Source of the DNA: Candidatus Omnitrophota bacterium
GTDB lineage: Bacteria; Omnitrophota; Gorgyraeia; B26-G9
NCBI GenBank assembly: GCA_018817165.1
Contig: JAHITY010000128.1
Span: 5,161-69,160 of the forward strand
Reading direction: 5' to 3'
DNA length: 64,000 nucleotides
Position numbers and translations under genes: made by a program. Below the pieces are notes generated by a model that saw nothing but the letters and a program-made list of their open reading frames with translations, searched no databases and was not told where the DNA came from. Of this stretch, positions 40,878 through 51,196 are shown piece after piece. How positions within the stretch are numbered: the stretch's first letter is position 1; every line of letters starts with the position of its first letter.

Positions 40878-42137
40878 GTGAATAATAATTCAGGCTGCTC
40901 CGTATTAATCTTGGGGGGAGGAAGAGGTACTCGTCTTTTTCCTCTAACATTAGAAAGAAGTAAGCCGGCTATTGGTTTTGCCGGTAAATACAGATTGATT
41001 GATATCCCTATTTCTAATTCTATAAATTCTGGATATAATAAGATTTTTGTTTTAACCCAATTTCTTTCTGCTAGCTTGCATGGCCATCTTATGCAAACCT
41101 ACCGTTTTGATAATTTCTCCAAAGGATTTGTGGAAATCCTTTCTGCTGAACAGTCGCATAAAAGTTCTGAATGGTTTCAGGGAACAGCGGATGCTGTGCG
41201 TTGTGTTTTAAGACATTTGCGATACATGCCGGAAGAACATGTATTGATCTTATCAGGCGATCATCTTTATCGGATGGATTATCGAAAAATGCTGAATTAT
41301 CATATCCAAAAAAAAGCGGAAGTTACTGTTTCTTCAATTTTTGTTGATGAAGATGAAGCATCTCGTATGGGGATTCTTGATGTGGCTTCTTCCGGAAGGC
41401 TAAATCGAGTAATTGAAAAACCAGCAAATGTCAGAAGACATAAATTTAAATCTAAGTCAGTGAAACAAAATGATGGTATGCATAACCAGTATTGTGCGTC
41501 AATGGGTATATATTTATTCAATAAAGATGTCTTATTTAATATTTTATCAACAAATAAATTAGCTGATTTTGGTAAGCATATACTTCCATTGCTCGTTAAA
41601 AATAAGGCCAAAGTATTTTCATATGATTTTAAAGGGTATTGGCGCGATATTGGTACAATAAAGAGCTATTATGACGCAAGCATGGATTTATTAAACGATA
41701 AGCCTGGTTTTGATCTGTTTGATGTTAATATGCCTTTGCTTACGCGTGCGCGTCTTTTGCCTCCGAATAAAATAATTGATTCTAAAATATTAAGATCAAT
41801 TATATCGGAAGGTTGTTTGATAAATAAGGCAAGTATAGAAAATTCAATCATAGGATTACGAAGTCACATTAAGGATAATGCGATAATTAAAAATTCAATT
41901 ATTATTGGCAATGATTACTATCGCGATCCATCAATCAATAATCATCAAGCTCCTTATATAGGAAAAGGAGTTATTCTGGAAAGAACTATTGTTGATAAAA
42001 ATGTTACAATTGGTGATTTTACTCAGATTACCGATAAAAGGAATCATAAGGATATGGATGGTGATCTGTATTATATTCGTGATGGGGTTACCATTGTTAG
42101 GCGAGGAGTTACTATTTCGCCGCATTCAATAATATAG
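40878..42137 (+). CDS. glgC: Glucose-1-phosphate adenylyltransferase
   Basis: ILGGGRGTRLFPLT nucleotidyltransferase motif and a C-terminal left-handed beta-helix. 419 aa. Confidence 0.8.
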   Translation: MNNNSGCSVLILGGGRGTRLFPLTLERSKPAIGFAGKYRLIDIPISNSINSGYNKIFVLTQFLSASLHGHLMQTYRFDNFSKGFVEILSAEQSHKSSEWFQGTADAVRCVLRHLRYMPEEHVLILSGDHLYRMDYRKMLNYHIQKKAEVTVSSIFVDEDEASRMGILDVASSGRLNRVIEKPANVRRHKFKSKSVKQNDGMHNQYCASMGIYLFNKDVLFNILSTNKLADFGKHILPLLVKNKAKVFSYDFKGYWRDIGTIKSYYDASMDLLNDKPGFDLFDVNMPLLTRARLLPPNKIIDSKILRSIISEGCLINKASIENSIIGLRSHIKDNAIIKNSIIIGNDYYRDPSINNHQAPYIGKGVILERTIVDKNVTIGDFTQITDKRNHKDMDGDLYYIRDGVTIVRRGVTISPHSII

Positions 42138-42164
42138 TGTTTTAATATTAATAAAGAAAGGGGG

Positions 42165-42485
42165 ATGGATATGTTTGAAATATTAGAAAAGTTAATTTTG
42201 GCTGGTGTCGGTTTTGCTAGTTTAACCAAAGAAAAAGCAGAAAAGATTGTTGACGCATTGATTGCTAAAGGAGAGGTTAAAGCTAAAGACAAAAAAGCGA
42301 TATTAAACCGATTGCTTAAGCACACACAAAAACTTGATAAAGATCTTGAGAATAAGATGAGACAGGTATCTTTAAATGTAGTCAAGAACTCGCAAAAACA
42401 AATTGATGCTTTAAATAAAAAATTAGCGCAGTTAAACAAAAGTATGAGCAGCTCAAAAAAAAGTGATAAGAAAAAGAAAAATTAA
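42165..42485 (+). CDS. Phasin-like protein (PHA granule-associated family, PF05597-like), paralog 1
   Basis: LILAGVGFASLTKEKAEKIVDALIAKGEV matches the phasin-family N-terminal block. Confidence 0.55.
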   Translation: MDMFEILEKLILAGVGFASLTKEKAEKIVDALIAKGEVKAKDKKAILNRLLKHTQKLDKDLENKMRQVSLNVVKNSQKQIDALNKKLAQLNKSMSSSKKSDKKKKN

Positions 42486-42513
42486 TTGTAAATAATTTAC
42501 AAGGAGAGAGATA

Positions 42514-42879
42514 ATGTTTGAATTAATTGAGAAAATTATACTTGCTGGTGTTGGGTTGGCAAATTTAACCAAAGAAAAAGCTGAGAGCCTGGTTGATATG
42601 CTGATTAAAAAAGGTCAAATACAGGCAAAAGATAAAAAAGCTGTTTTAAGCCGCTTACTTAAAAGTACAAAGCAGTTAGATAGTGATCTTGAAAATAAGA
42701 TGAAACAGGTGTCGATAAGTGTGGTTAAGAATTCACAGAAGCAGATTGATGCTTTGAATAAAAAATTAGCACAGCTAGCTAAAAGTTTAGAGGTAGAGAA
42801 GAAAAAAACTAAAGTGGTTAAAGCTGCTCCGGTGGCTGTAAAGAAAAAAGTAAAGGCTAAAGCAAAGAAGAAAGTGTAA
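42514..42879 (+). CDS. Phasin-like protein, paralog 2, with a Lys/Ala-rich histone-H1-like tail
   Basis: About 70% identical to paralog 1, plus a KKKTKVVKAAPVAVKKKVKAKAKKKV tail as in PhaF-type proteins. Confidence 0.55.
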   Translation: MFELIEKIILAGVGLANLTKEKAESLVDMLIKKGQIQAKDKKAVLSRLLKSTKQLDSDLENKMKQVSISVVKNSQKQIDALNKKLAQLAKSLEVEKKKTKVVKAAPVAVKKKVKAKAKKKV

Positions 42880-44567
42880 TGCTCTTTAGTATTAAAACAA
42901 TGGTCGGAGATATAAACCGACTGAGAGTGATATTGGTTATTCTTTTTGAAGAAGGATTTGGCTTCCTTATCGATAGAGTTAGGTTGGCATATCTATTGCC
43001 TTTTAAGTTAAGATTGTGCAGCATCTTCCGGCGGTGCAAGCCGTCATCCAAATTGGATGAAACGGTTATTTCACTGCCGGAACGTTTGTGCCGGTCCTTT
43101 CAACGCCTAGGGCCGACATATGTAAAATTTGGCCAAATCTTAAGTTTGCGGTCAGACATTATCCCTCCGGAATATATTCAACAATTAGAAAAACTACAAA
43201 CAAATGCAAATACTTTTTCCTATAATAAAGTAAAAGAAATCGTCGCGGAAGAATTTGGTAAAGATATTAGCCAAGTTTATAAAACGTTTTCAGAAAAACC
43301 TTTTGCCGCGGCAAGTTTAGCTCAAGTTCATAATGCGGAATTACCTGATGGGACAGAAGTGGCTGTTAAGGTTCAAAGGCCTGATATCAGAGGGATTATA
43401 GAAAATGATATCCATATTCTGTTTTTTTTTGCTGCGCTTGTAGAAAAATATATTAAAGAAATAATTTATCTCCAACCAGTACAATTGGTCAAAGAGTTTT
43501 CAGAATGGACAATGCGAGAGTTGGATTTTAGTGTTGAAGCGGCTAATGCGGAGCGGTTTCGTCAAAACTTTGCTGATGATAATCGTTTTTATTTTCCTGA
43601 AATTCATTGGGATTATTCGACAAAGCGAGTGCTGACAATGGAACTGATCAAAGGGATAAAATTGTCAGAAGCCGCGAAAATTATAAAAGCAGGGGGCGAT
43701 CCTTATGTCCTGGCAATAAACGGCTTAGAATTGGGGCTTAGGCAGTTTTTTATCCATGGTTTTTTTCAGGCTGATCCACATCCGGGGAATTTTTTCGTTT
43801 TAAAAGATAATGTTCTATGTTTGTACGATTTTGGCATGGTGGGATATTTAGATCGGCAAATGCGAGATAGTCTATCCGCTGTTTTTATATCTTTTGTGGA
43901 AAAAAATGCGGAATTAACTTCTAAAAAGATGCTTGATTTAGCACCCAATTATTCCCTACAAGCTAAGGAAGAATTTGCGCAAAGAGCAATGCCGATTTTA
44001 AGTACATGGTTTTATTCTAAAAAGCCGGAAAAAAGTTTTGCTAAAATGTTTTATCATCTTGTTATTGAAGGAGCAAAAAGCGGTTTATATTTTCCCCGGA
44101 ACCTGGTATTATGTTCTAGAGCACTGTTAATAATGGAAGGAACAGGGCTTAAATTGTGTCCGGAGTTTAAATTGTATGATGAGCTTGCGCCTTTGTTTGA
44201 AAAAGTAATTAAAGAAAGATTTAATCCAAAGCGGATAATGAAAGATATGGAAATTAGTATGATTGATTATTTGAATATTTTGCAGCAACTGCCTGAAAAC
44301 ACATTGAAACTTATTGAGAAAATAGAAAAAGGGCAGATTGATGTTAAGATCGATAAAAGTGAAATAATGGCGATTAAAGATGAAATGGAAAGAGTTAATA
44401 ATATCCGGCTGATTTCAATCGTTATTATTACTCTGCTTGTTACGGCGGCAATTATATTAAGGCTTGAACAGCAGACACTAGTTTTTGGATTATCAGTGGC
44501 AAAGATCGCGCTTATATTATGTTTAATCTTATCTGTTTGGTTGATATCAATAATTAGGAAAAAATAA
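42879..44567 (+). CDS. ubiB: UbiB/ABC1-family atypical kinase
   Basis: LGPTYVKFGQILSLRSDIIPPEYIQQLEKLQ, AASLAQVH, kinase-like HADPHPGN, and a C-terminal TM. TAATG overlap with the upstream gene. Confidence 0.85.
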   Translation: MLFSIKTMVGDINRLRVILVILFEEGFGFLIDRVRLAYLLPFKLRLCSIFRRCKPSSKLDETVISLPERLCRSFQRLGPTYVKFGQILSLRSDIIPPEYIQQLEKLQTNANTFSYNKVKEIVAEEFGKDISQVYKTFSEKPFAAASLAQVHNAELPDGTEVAVKVQRPDIRGIIENDIHILFFFAALVEKYIKEIIYLQPVQLVKEFSEWTMRELDFSVEAANAERFRQNFADDNRFYFPEIHWDYSTKRVLTMELIKGIKLSEAAKIIKAGGDPYVLAINGLELGLRQFFIHGFFQADPHPGNFFVLKDNVLCLYDFGMVGYLDRQMRDSLSAVFISFVEKNAELTSKKMLDLAPNYSLQAKEEFAQRAMPILSTWFYSKKPEKSFAKMFYHLVIEGAKSGLYFPRNLVLCSRALLIMEGTGLKLCPEFKLYDELAPLFEKVIKERFNPKRIMKDMEISMIDYLNILQQLPENTLKLIEKIEKGQIDVKIDKSEIMAIKDEMERVNNIRLISIVIITLLVTAAIILRLEQQTLVFGLSVAKIALILCLILSVWLISIIRKK

Positions 44568-44580
44568 AAGGGGGGAGAGC

Positions 44581-44802
44581 ATGAAACAAAAAATTTTTAA
44601 AAAAATTCCTCAAAAAACAGTTAGAATATTTAAGATATCTAATCGTAAAGGATATGGAGCATTATGCATGAATAATCTTACTGAAGGAACTACTCCTGCC
44701 CAGGCTTATATGCGAATGATAAAAGCGGTTAAAAGAAACGGATGTGAGCTTCCTAATATTACGACGGAAGAAGCTAAAAAGTGTATTGTTTCTAAAATTT
44801 AA
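44581..44802 (+). CDS. Hypothetical protein
   Basis: 73 aa, basic. No family recognised. Confidence 0.3.
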   Translation: MKQKIFKKIPQKTVRIFKISNRKGYGALCMNNLTEGTTPAQAYMRMIKAVKRNGCELPNITTEEAKKCIVSKI

Positions 44803-44838
44803 TTTTTCTTGATAAAAAAAATATGATGTGCTAATATT

Positions 44839-45561
44839 ATGTTGAAATTCATCGCTTTCAACATTAAATACATTCCTTGGGCAATTTTCTTAAATTTAAC
44901 AGAAGGTCATATGAACACACAATATAGAGCAATTGAGCGTCTGGAAACAAGTATGGAGTCGGTAGAAGTTGGTAGTTTGCGTTATTCTATCCTAAACTGT
45001 GCTAAGAATTTTAAAAGTTCTTGGCTTGAGTTAGGGCAGCATTTAGTTTCAGTTTATAATGATAAATTATACAAAGAGTGGGGATATCTCACTTTTGAGG
45101 CATATTGTTCCAAGGAAATTGGGATAAGAAAGGAAACTGGAATTAAACTGTTAAGATCTTATCATTTTCTGGAGCAGGAAGAGCCTAATTATATTAAAAA
45201 GGAATATATTGATTCAGCGGAAGGTAAGAATATCCCTTCGTTTGAAGCGGTTCATACGCTTAGCCAGGTAAAGGCGAATAAGGATTTAGGCGCTGGTGAC
45301 TATGAAAAAATGAAGCGCCATATTTTTGAGGAAGGCAAACCGGATAAAGAAGTAAAAGATGTTTATCAATCCATGGTTAAGCGGGTTAAGGAAAATAGTC
45401 CAGAAGAAGATCATAAATTGAGAAGATTTAAATATTTACGTCGCGTTGTTGGTTCGTTAAATTCAATCAGAAAAGAGATAAAGTTAAGTAAATTTCTTTC
45501 TGAAGATATTCTTAAAGAATTAGATGTTATAATTACAAAAATTGAAGTTGAAATCGGATAG
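44839..45561 (+). CDS. Hypothetical protein
   Basis: 240 aa. No recognisable motifs. The true start may be the internal M (MNTQYRAIE). Confidence 0.35.
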   Translation: MLKFIAFNIKYIPWAIFLNLTEGHMNTQYRAIERLETSMESVEVGSLRYSILNCAKNFKSSWLELGQHLVSVYNDKLYKEWGYLTFEAYCSKEIGIRKETGIKLLRSYHFLEQEEPNYIKKEYIDSAEGKNIPSFEAVHTLSQVKANKDLGAGDYEKMKRHIFEEGKPDKEVKDVYQSMVKRVKENSPEEDHKLRRFKYLRRVVGSLNSIRKEIKLSKFLSEDILKELDVIITKIEVEIG

Positions 45562-45588
45562 AATCCGTTCCTATTTTTTGGAGGAGTA

Positions 45589-47244
45589 ATGGTTAAAGAG
45601 CTTATTTTTAGCGTATTTGGCGGTTTAGGATTATTTATTTATGGGATACACCTCATGGGCGAGGGGCTGCAGAATGCGGCTGGTGATAGAATGCGCAGGC
45701 TGCTTAAAGCTTTAACCAGTAATACTCTTGCTGGAACAGTAGTTGGGGCAGGAATAACCGCAATCATTCAGAGTTCCTCAGCAACAACGGTTATGGTCGT
45801 TGGGTTTGTTAATGCTGGGCTAATGGGATTAGAACAGGCCATTGGAGTCATTTTTGGTGCTAATATCGGAACAACGATTACTGCTCAAATAATTGCGTTT
45901 AAATTAACAAATTATGCTTTGCCGGCTATTGCAATTGGCGCTTGCTTATATTTATTTGTCCCTAAAAGATTTTGGAAGTTTTTTGGTTTGTTCTTATTGG
46001 GATTCGGGATTTTATTTTTAGGTTTACAAACAATGACTTCGGTTATTAAGGACTATTCAGATAGACCCGCGGTTATTTCTGCCTTTATATCTTTTAGTAA
46101 AAATCCTGCTTTGGCAGTTTTAACCGGAGCAGTTGTTACTGCGATATTTCAAAGCTCTAGTGTTACAACGGGTATGATCATAACACTGGCTTCTTTGGGA
46201 CTGTTTGATTTGCAGGGAGCAATCCCTTTGATATTTGGCTGTAATATCGGGACCTGTATAACAGCAATCCTTGCTTCAATTGGAACAACAATTTCAGCCA
46301 GGCGCGCGGCGCTTGCCCATGTTTTGTTCAATGTATTGGTCACAGTCATTTTTTTACCGACACTAGGGTTTTATTATAAGATCATCGCTTTGACTTCAGG
46401 TGATATTGCTCGGCAAGTTGCCAATGCGCATACTATATTTAATGTTATCGGTACTGTGATTTTTGTGCCTTTTGCCGCAGTTTTCGCGAAAGTTGTAACA
46501 AGGGTTTTGCCGGGGAAAGATATAATCATTGATACTCAGCCAAAATTTTTGGAAAAACATTTATTAGCTACTCCGATAGCTGCTTTTGACGCCGCAATGA
46601 AAGAGACAATGAGAATGGCGGAAATTACTCGAGGAATGATTGATGATGCAATGAAGGGGTTTTTGGATAATGATCTTAAAATTCTGGCTTTTGTAAGCAA
46701 AAAAGAAATAGCTGTAGATAGCTTACAGGAAGCAATCACTAATTATTTGATGGAAATAATGCAAAAAGAACTTTCGCCCGCTATTGCTAATAAAATTCCC
46801 TCTCTGCTTCATAGCGTTAATGATATTGAAAGAGTTGGAGATCATTCCGAAAACCTCAAAGAGCTTGCAGAGCGAAAAATAGTTAATAATTTACCTTTTT
46901 CCGCAGATGCATTAGCTGATATAAAAGCAATGTTTGAATTAGTGGATTTAATGGCTGAGGCTACTATAAAGTGTTTGGATACAGATGAGATAAAAGATGC
47001 CGGGGTTGTTTTAGAAATGGAAGAAAAGGTGAACGCGATCACTTTCAAATTAAGAGAAAACCATATAAACCGTTTAGCTAAAGGTAGCTGTAAAGTTTTA
47101 TCGGGGATTGTCTTTTTAGATATTATAAGTAATTTCGAAAAGATCGCGGATCATTTTACTAATGTTGCTGAGGCAGTTGCTGGTAAGTTGCAATGGTCAA
47201 AGCCTGTGCAGACAATAAAACCGCAGAAAAAGCAATTAGTTTGA
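45589..47244 (+). CDS. Na/Pi-cotransporter family protein with a C-terminal PhoU-like domain
   Basis: Duplicated transporter repeats GANIGTTITAQ / GCNIGTCITA. C-terminal helical PhoU-like region. Confidence 0.85.
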   Translation: MVKELIFSVFGGLGLFIYGIHLMGEGLQNAAGDRMRRLLKALTSNTLAGTVVGAGITAIIQSSSATTVMVVGFVNAGLMGLEQAIGVIFGANIGTTITAQIIAFKLTNYALPAIAIGACLYLFVPKRFWKFFGLFLLGFGILFLGLQTMTSVIKDYSDRPAVISAFISFSKNPALAVLTGAVVTAIFQSSSVTTGMIITLASLGLFDLQGAIPLIFGCNIGTCITAILASIGTTISARRAALAHVLFNVLVTVIFLPTLGFYYKIIALTSGDIARQVANAHTIFNVIGTVIFVPFAAVFAKVVTRVLPGKDIIIDTQPKFLEKHLLATPIAAFDAAMKETMRMAEITRGMIDDAMKGFLDNDLKILAFVSKKEIAVDSLQEAITNYLMEIMQKELSPAIANKIPSLLHSVNDIERVGDHSENLKELAERKIVNNLPFSADALADIKAMFELVDLMAEATIKCLDTDEIKDAGVVLEMEEKVNAITFKLRENHINRLAKGSCKVLSGIVFLDIISNFEKIADHFTNVAEAVAGKLQWSKPVQTIKPQKKQLV

Positions 47245-47317
47245 GATGATTTAAGCATGATGTTATATTGTAAAAATAAACAAAAACTAAATATATCAAT
47301 CAATAAGATTAAATTTT

Positions 47318-48718
47318 ATGTCTAAAAAAAACAAAAAAAAATTAATGAGCGTTACGGCTCTTTTTGTCCCGGAAATAAGAGATTTGATAAATCTTAAAAA
47401 CTTTTCCGAGGTTAAGGAGATTATATCAAAAATCCCGCCGATAGATATCGCTGAACGCTGGAATGACTTTTCCTCAAAGGAAAAGATGCTGCTTTTTAAA
47501 CTTTTAAAGACACGTTTGGCTGTAGATGTTTTTGAGTCTTTGCCGTTTGAAGAACAATCATTTCTCTTGGATAATCTAGGTAATACTGAAGTTTCCCAAG
47601 TTCTTAATGAAATGTCCCCAGATGATAGAGCTAATCTTTTTCGAGATTTACCCCCTAAAGTAATCAAGAAATTCTTTAAACTCATGAAAAAAGAAGAGGT
47701 TGAAGATGTTAGAGAATTGATGACTTATGAAGAGGGTATTGCTGGGGCAATAATGACCACTGATTATGTTGAGCTCAGAAAAGAAATCACCGCGAGAGCG
47801 GCTATTTTAAAGCTACAGGACACATTAAGTTTTGATGATGATTCGGATATTAGTTCTATATATATTACTGATGTTGAACATAAACTTCTCGGAGTAGTTG
47901 AACTTCAGGATTTAATTAAAGCTCCGCCAGATATGTTGATTAAAGATATCATGGAGAGTACTGATTTCATCAAGATCAATGAATATTCTCCTGATGATGA
48001 AGTTGCCCAACTTTTTAAGCGATATGATTTGATTGACGCTCCGGTAGTGGATGAAAATGAAGAATTAATCGGGGTAATTACGATTGATGATATTGTTGAT
48101 ATTATGGAAAAAGTAGCAACTAAAGAAATATACGAAGTTGGTAAAATGACTCCTGGCGAAGGTAAAATGATTAGTTATGCAACTTCTACGGTTAGAGAAA
48201 TTATTGGCCGACGGGCAGGTTGGTTAGTATTTTTAGTTGTGTTTGATTTTTTAACAGGGACTGTTTTGAAAACATTTCAAGATACATTAAGCAGTGTTGT
48301 TGCTTTAGTTTTTTTTATCCCAATGTTATTGGGCGCAGGAGGTAACGCAGGAACTCAAAGTTCAATCACAGTTATTCGAGCTTTAGCTACAGGAGATGTT
48401 GGATTTGATAATATTAAAACTGTTTTAAGGTTGGAACTGATGGCGGCGTTGCTTATGGGGCTTATTGTTGGGTTACTTGCTTTTGGCAGAGCAATGCTCT
48501 TGGAAAGCGATCCTATTATAGCTCTTGTTGTTGGTGCTACAATGTTCCTTATTGTTTTGTTGGCTATTTGCACCGGAGTTTCTTTGCCATTTATATCAAA
48601 AAAGATGGGCCTGGATCCTGCGGTTTTGGCCGGACCAATTACAACCAGTGTAGTTGATATTATAGGATTAATTATATATTTTAAAGTTGCCCAAACACTC
48701 CTACCGATATTGCGATAA
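47318..48718 (+). CDS. mgtE: Magnesium transporter MgtE
   Basis: N-domain, tandem CBS, and a 5-TM channel domain with GNAGTQSS. Confidence 0.9.
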   Translation: MSKKNKKKLMSVTALFVPEIRDLINLKNFSEVKEIISKIPPIDIAERWNDFSSKEKMLLFKLLKTRLAVDVFESLPFEEQSFLLDNLGNTEVSQVLNEMSPDDRANLFRDLPPKVIKKFFKLMKKEEVEDVRELMTYEEGIAGAIMTTDYVELRKEITARAAILKLQDTLSFDDDSDISSIYITDVEHKLLGVVELQDLIKAPPDMLIKDIMESTDFIKINEYSPDDEVAQLFKRYDLIDAPVVDENEELIGVITIDDIVDIMEKVATKEIYEVGKMTPGEGKMISYATSTVREIIGRRAGWLVFLVVFDFLTGTVLKTFQDTLSSVVALVFFIPMLLGAGGNAGTQSSITVIRALATGDVGFDNIKTVLRLELMAALLMGLIVGLLAFGRAMLLESDPIIALVVGATMFLIVLLAICTGVSLPFISKKMGLDPAVLAGPITTSVVDIIGLIIYFKVAQTLLPILR

Positions 48719-48784
48719 TCTCCTAAATATAGATAGTGGAAATAAAATTAAAAAGTATTGATTTTAAAATTCGCAAAGGGACTT

Positions 48785-49519
48785 ATGATGAATTTGTATG
48801 GGAAAAATCAAGTAATAGAGCGGTTAGCATCACAGCCAAATAGTATTAAAAAAATATTTTTCAATCAAAAATCTGTTTTAGCTGAACTGAAAACACTAGC
48901 GAATGAAAAAAAAATACCATACACAGTATTATCTGAAAAAGAATTTTTGATTATCTCGAAGGATGCAAACACTCAAGGGGTTATTGCCCAGGTAGATGAA
49001 TTTCATTACGAAGATTTAGATAATCTCTTAAGACGGAGTAAACAGGACAAGTATGTTTTGATTGCCTTAAGCAATATTACTGATCCTCAGAATCTTGGGT
49101 CTATTCTGCGAACGGCAGCATGTTTTGGCAATTTCGCCTTGATTATTCCAAAGCACAGAACTGCAAGTATTAACGAGACTGTTTTGAAAGTTGCTTGCGG
49201 AGGAGAAAATCATGTTCCAATTGTGCAAGTAACTAATCTTATATCGGCAATTCAAGCAGCTAAAGATGCGGGGTATTGGGTTGCCGGCAGTGTTGTTGAT
49301 AATGGAGAAGCTGTGACAACTTTTAAATTTCCATTTCCCCTGTGTTTAGTGATTGGATCTGAAGATAAGGGAATAAGACATGGCTTATTAAATCATTTAG
49401 ATTATAAGCTTACATTGCCCATGCCAGGCAAAGAACTTTCTTTAAATGCTGCTGTTGCTACAGCAGTTTTTTGTTATGAAATCATGAGACAAAGATCACT
49501 ATTGATTGAAAATAAGTAA
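48785..49519 (+). CDS. SpoU/TrmH-family RNA 2'-O-methyltransferase (RlmB-like)
   Basis: SpoU motifs LIALSNITDPQNLGSILRTAACFG and VIGSEDKGI. The ORF track uses TTG 48758. ATG 48785 follows SD AAAGGGA. Confidence 0.8.
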   Translation: MMNLYGKNQVIERLASQPNSIKKIFFNQKSVLAELKTLANEKKIPYTVLSEKEFLIISKDANTQGVIAQVDEFHYEDLDNLLRRSKQDKYVLIALSNITDPQNLGSILRTAACFGNFALIIPKHRTASINETVLKVACGGENHVPIVQVTNLISAIQAAKDAGYWVAGSVVDNGEAVTTFKFPFPLCLVIGSEDKGIRHGLLNHLDYKLTLPMPGKELSLNAAVATAVFCYEIMRQRSLLIENK

Positions 49520-49585
49520 ATATATTATTATTGGTTTTATGATATAATAATTAAAAGTAAATAACCAGGTACAATATAAAATTTT

Positions 49586-49981
49586 ATGAAGAAAATAGGT
49601 AGTAAAAAATTTTTTAGAAACGCGATTATTTTATATCTACCTTTAGTGCTTACAGTTACTGCCTTTGCAAATGGGGCGGATATTGAAAAAAATACTCCGC
49701 CTTCTAAAGCTTATATTTCATCAACTTGGCAGATTACTATGAATAAGCCAGAGGAAAAAGATGATAAATATCCTGAAAAGAGAAAAATCACCCCAGAAAC
49801 GTTAAGAGTTGCTCTGGACGAATATTATGTTCCTCAGATTTCTGAATTGTTAGGGAAAGGTGTTGATTGTTTTGAATGGGTCAATCATTTAGATGACCCA
49901 TATCTTAATCGTTACAAACTTGATTTAAGAGTTGATCCAGATGATGATAGAGTTAATTTGTTTTGGAAAAGGCAGTTTTAG
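49586..49981 (+). CDS. Hypothetical secreted protein
   Basis: Signal peptide. No family. Confidence 0.3.
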   Translation: MKKIGSKKFFRNAIILYLPLVLTVTAFANGADIEKNTPPSKAYISSTWQITMNKPEEKDDKYPEKRKITPETLRVALDEYYVPQISELLGKGVDCFEWVNHLDDPYLNRYKLDLRVDPDDDRVNLFWKRQF

Positions 49982-50010
49982 AAATAAATTTTTAAATTTG
50001 TCGCAAAGTA

Positions 50011-50039
50011 TTTCTATTTTCTTGACGTTAGTTTTAAAT
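50011..50039 (+). promoter_or_regulatory. Canonical sigma-70 promoter (TTGACG-17-TATACT) with a long (~185 nt) leader before ORF 50227
   Basis: TTGACG at 50011, a 17-nt spacer, TATACT at 50034. Confidence 0.5.
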
Positions 50040-50226
50040 AATGCTATACTTTACATAACTTTTTTGTATAATAATTTAAAGTAATTTAGGGGTGTTATTA
50101 CTAGTTTAGATGCGATTAGCTTGAAATAATAAAACACGATCAGAGGTTTAATGGAAGAATCATTTAAAATCTCTATAATGTATATAAACACTAGTTTATA
50201 GATTGTAGACTCATCAGGGAGGGAAA

Positions 50227-50604
50227 ATGATGAAAAAAATTCTTGGGTATTGTTTTGTGCTCTCTTTATTTTTAACTTTTGGTCACTGTTCAGAAGTGCT
50301 AGCTGAAAATGCGATAAGTTCAATGGCTTCGGCAGGAATGGCGTCTAAAGCTCAGAGCGTTTTCGGAGTAGTTGGTAATGTGGAATATACTGAATTTAAG
50401 GCTCGCGGAGAATCAGCGATTGTTATTAAGGATAAAAAGGGTGAATCTGTTGAGGTCTCACTTAAGCAGATAGAACCTGGATCAATAATTTTAGCAACTT
50501 ATCGCAAGGAAAAGGATAAAAAAGGTAAAGAAATTAATGTGCTTATATCTTTAAGCATAGTAAAACCTGCACAAAACACAAAAACTGCTGAACGGAAAAA
50601 ATAG
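50227..50604 (+). CDS. Hypothetical secreted protein
   Basis: Signal peptide. 125 aa. Confidence 0.35.
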   Translation: MMKKILGYCFVLSLFLTFGHCSEVLAENAISSMASAGMASKAQSVFGVVGNVEYTEFKARGESAIVIKDKKGESVEVSLKQIEPGSIILATYRKEKDKKGKEINVLISLSIVKPAQNTKTAERKK

Positions 50605-50687
50605 TTTATTTTAAGCTTAAATTAAAGCACTAAAGTGTAGAGAATTATATGTTTTCTCTACACTTTTAATATTGATATAGTTTTATT

Positions 50688-50766
50688 CGGGGCATGGCTC
50701 AGCTTGGCTTAGAGCGCCTGGTTTGGGACCAGGATGTCGGTGGTTCGAATCCACCTGCCCCGACCA
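50688..50766 (+). tRNA. tRNA-Pro (anticodon TGG), CCA encoded
   Basis: Acceptor CGGGGCA/TGCCCCG, anticodon stem CCTGG/CCAGG with loop TTTGGGA, T-arm GGTGG-TTCGAAT-CCACC, long D-loop. Confidence 0.85.
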
Positions 50767-50851
50767 AAAAATAGTTGTAGAGTTTGGGGAGCAGGACATT
50801 AAAGTATTTTGCTTAGAGCTTATAACTTTGATGTCCTTAGTTTCTAAAAAT

Positions 50852-50928
<77 letters not shown>

Positions 50929-50988
50929 ATTTAACAGGCTTAACCATCCTTCTCTATAATTTATTTTTGGATTAAAATTAATTTATGT

Positions 50989-51066
50989 GGTGGATGTAGC
51001 TCAGTTGGTTAGAGCTCATGATTGTGGTTCATGAGGCCGGGGGTTCGAGTCCCCTCATCCACCCCA
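50989..51066 (+). tRNA. tRNA-His (anticodon GTG) with genomically encoded G-1 and C73, CCA encoded
   Basis: G-1 + GTGGATG/CATCCAC + C + CCA. Anticodon stem CATGA/TCATG with loop TTGTGGT. T-arm GGGGG-TTCGAGT-CCCCT. Confidence 0.85.
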
Positions 51067-51196
51067 TTGAATCATGGGGTTTATATTTAGACTTTGGGTT
51101 GTAAGGATTGTTTAAAGAGATAATTTTTATGCTTGACTCTATAAATATAATCTTGCTAAAATGATTTAAATGTAACAATCAGAAAGATAGGTTAAA

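Noticed and set aside
50095-50226. Possible riboswitch or leader peptide in the ~185-nt leader after the TTGACG-17-TATACT promoter
   Set aside because: No recognisable conserved riboswitch core. The 16-codon uORF (MEESFKISIMYINTSL) has no SD. Kept only as a promoter feature.
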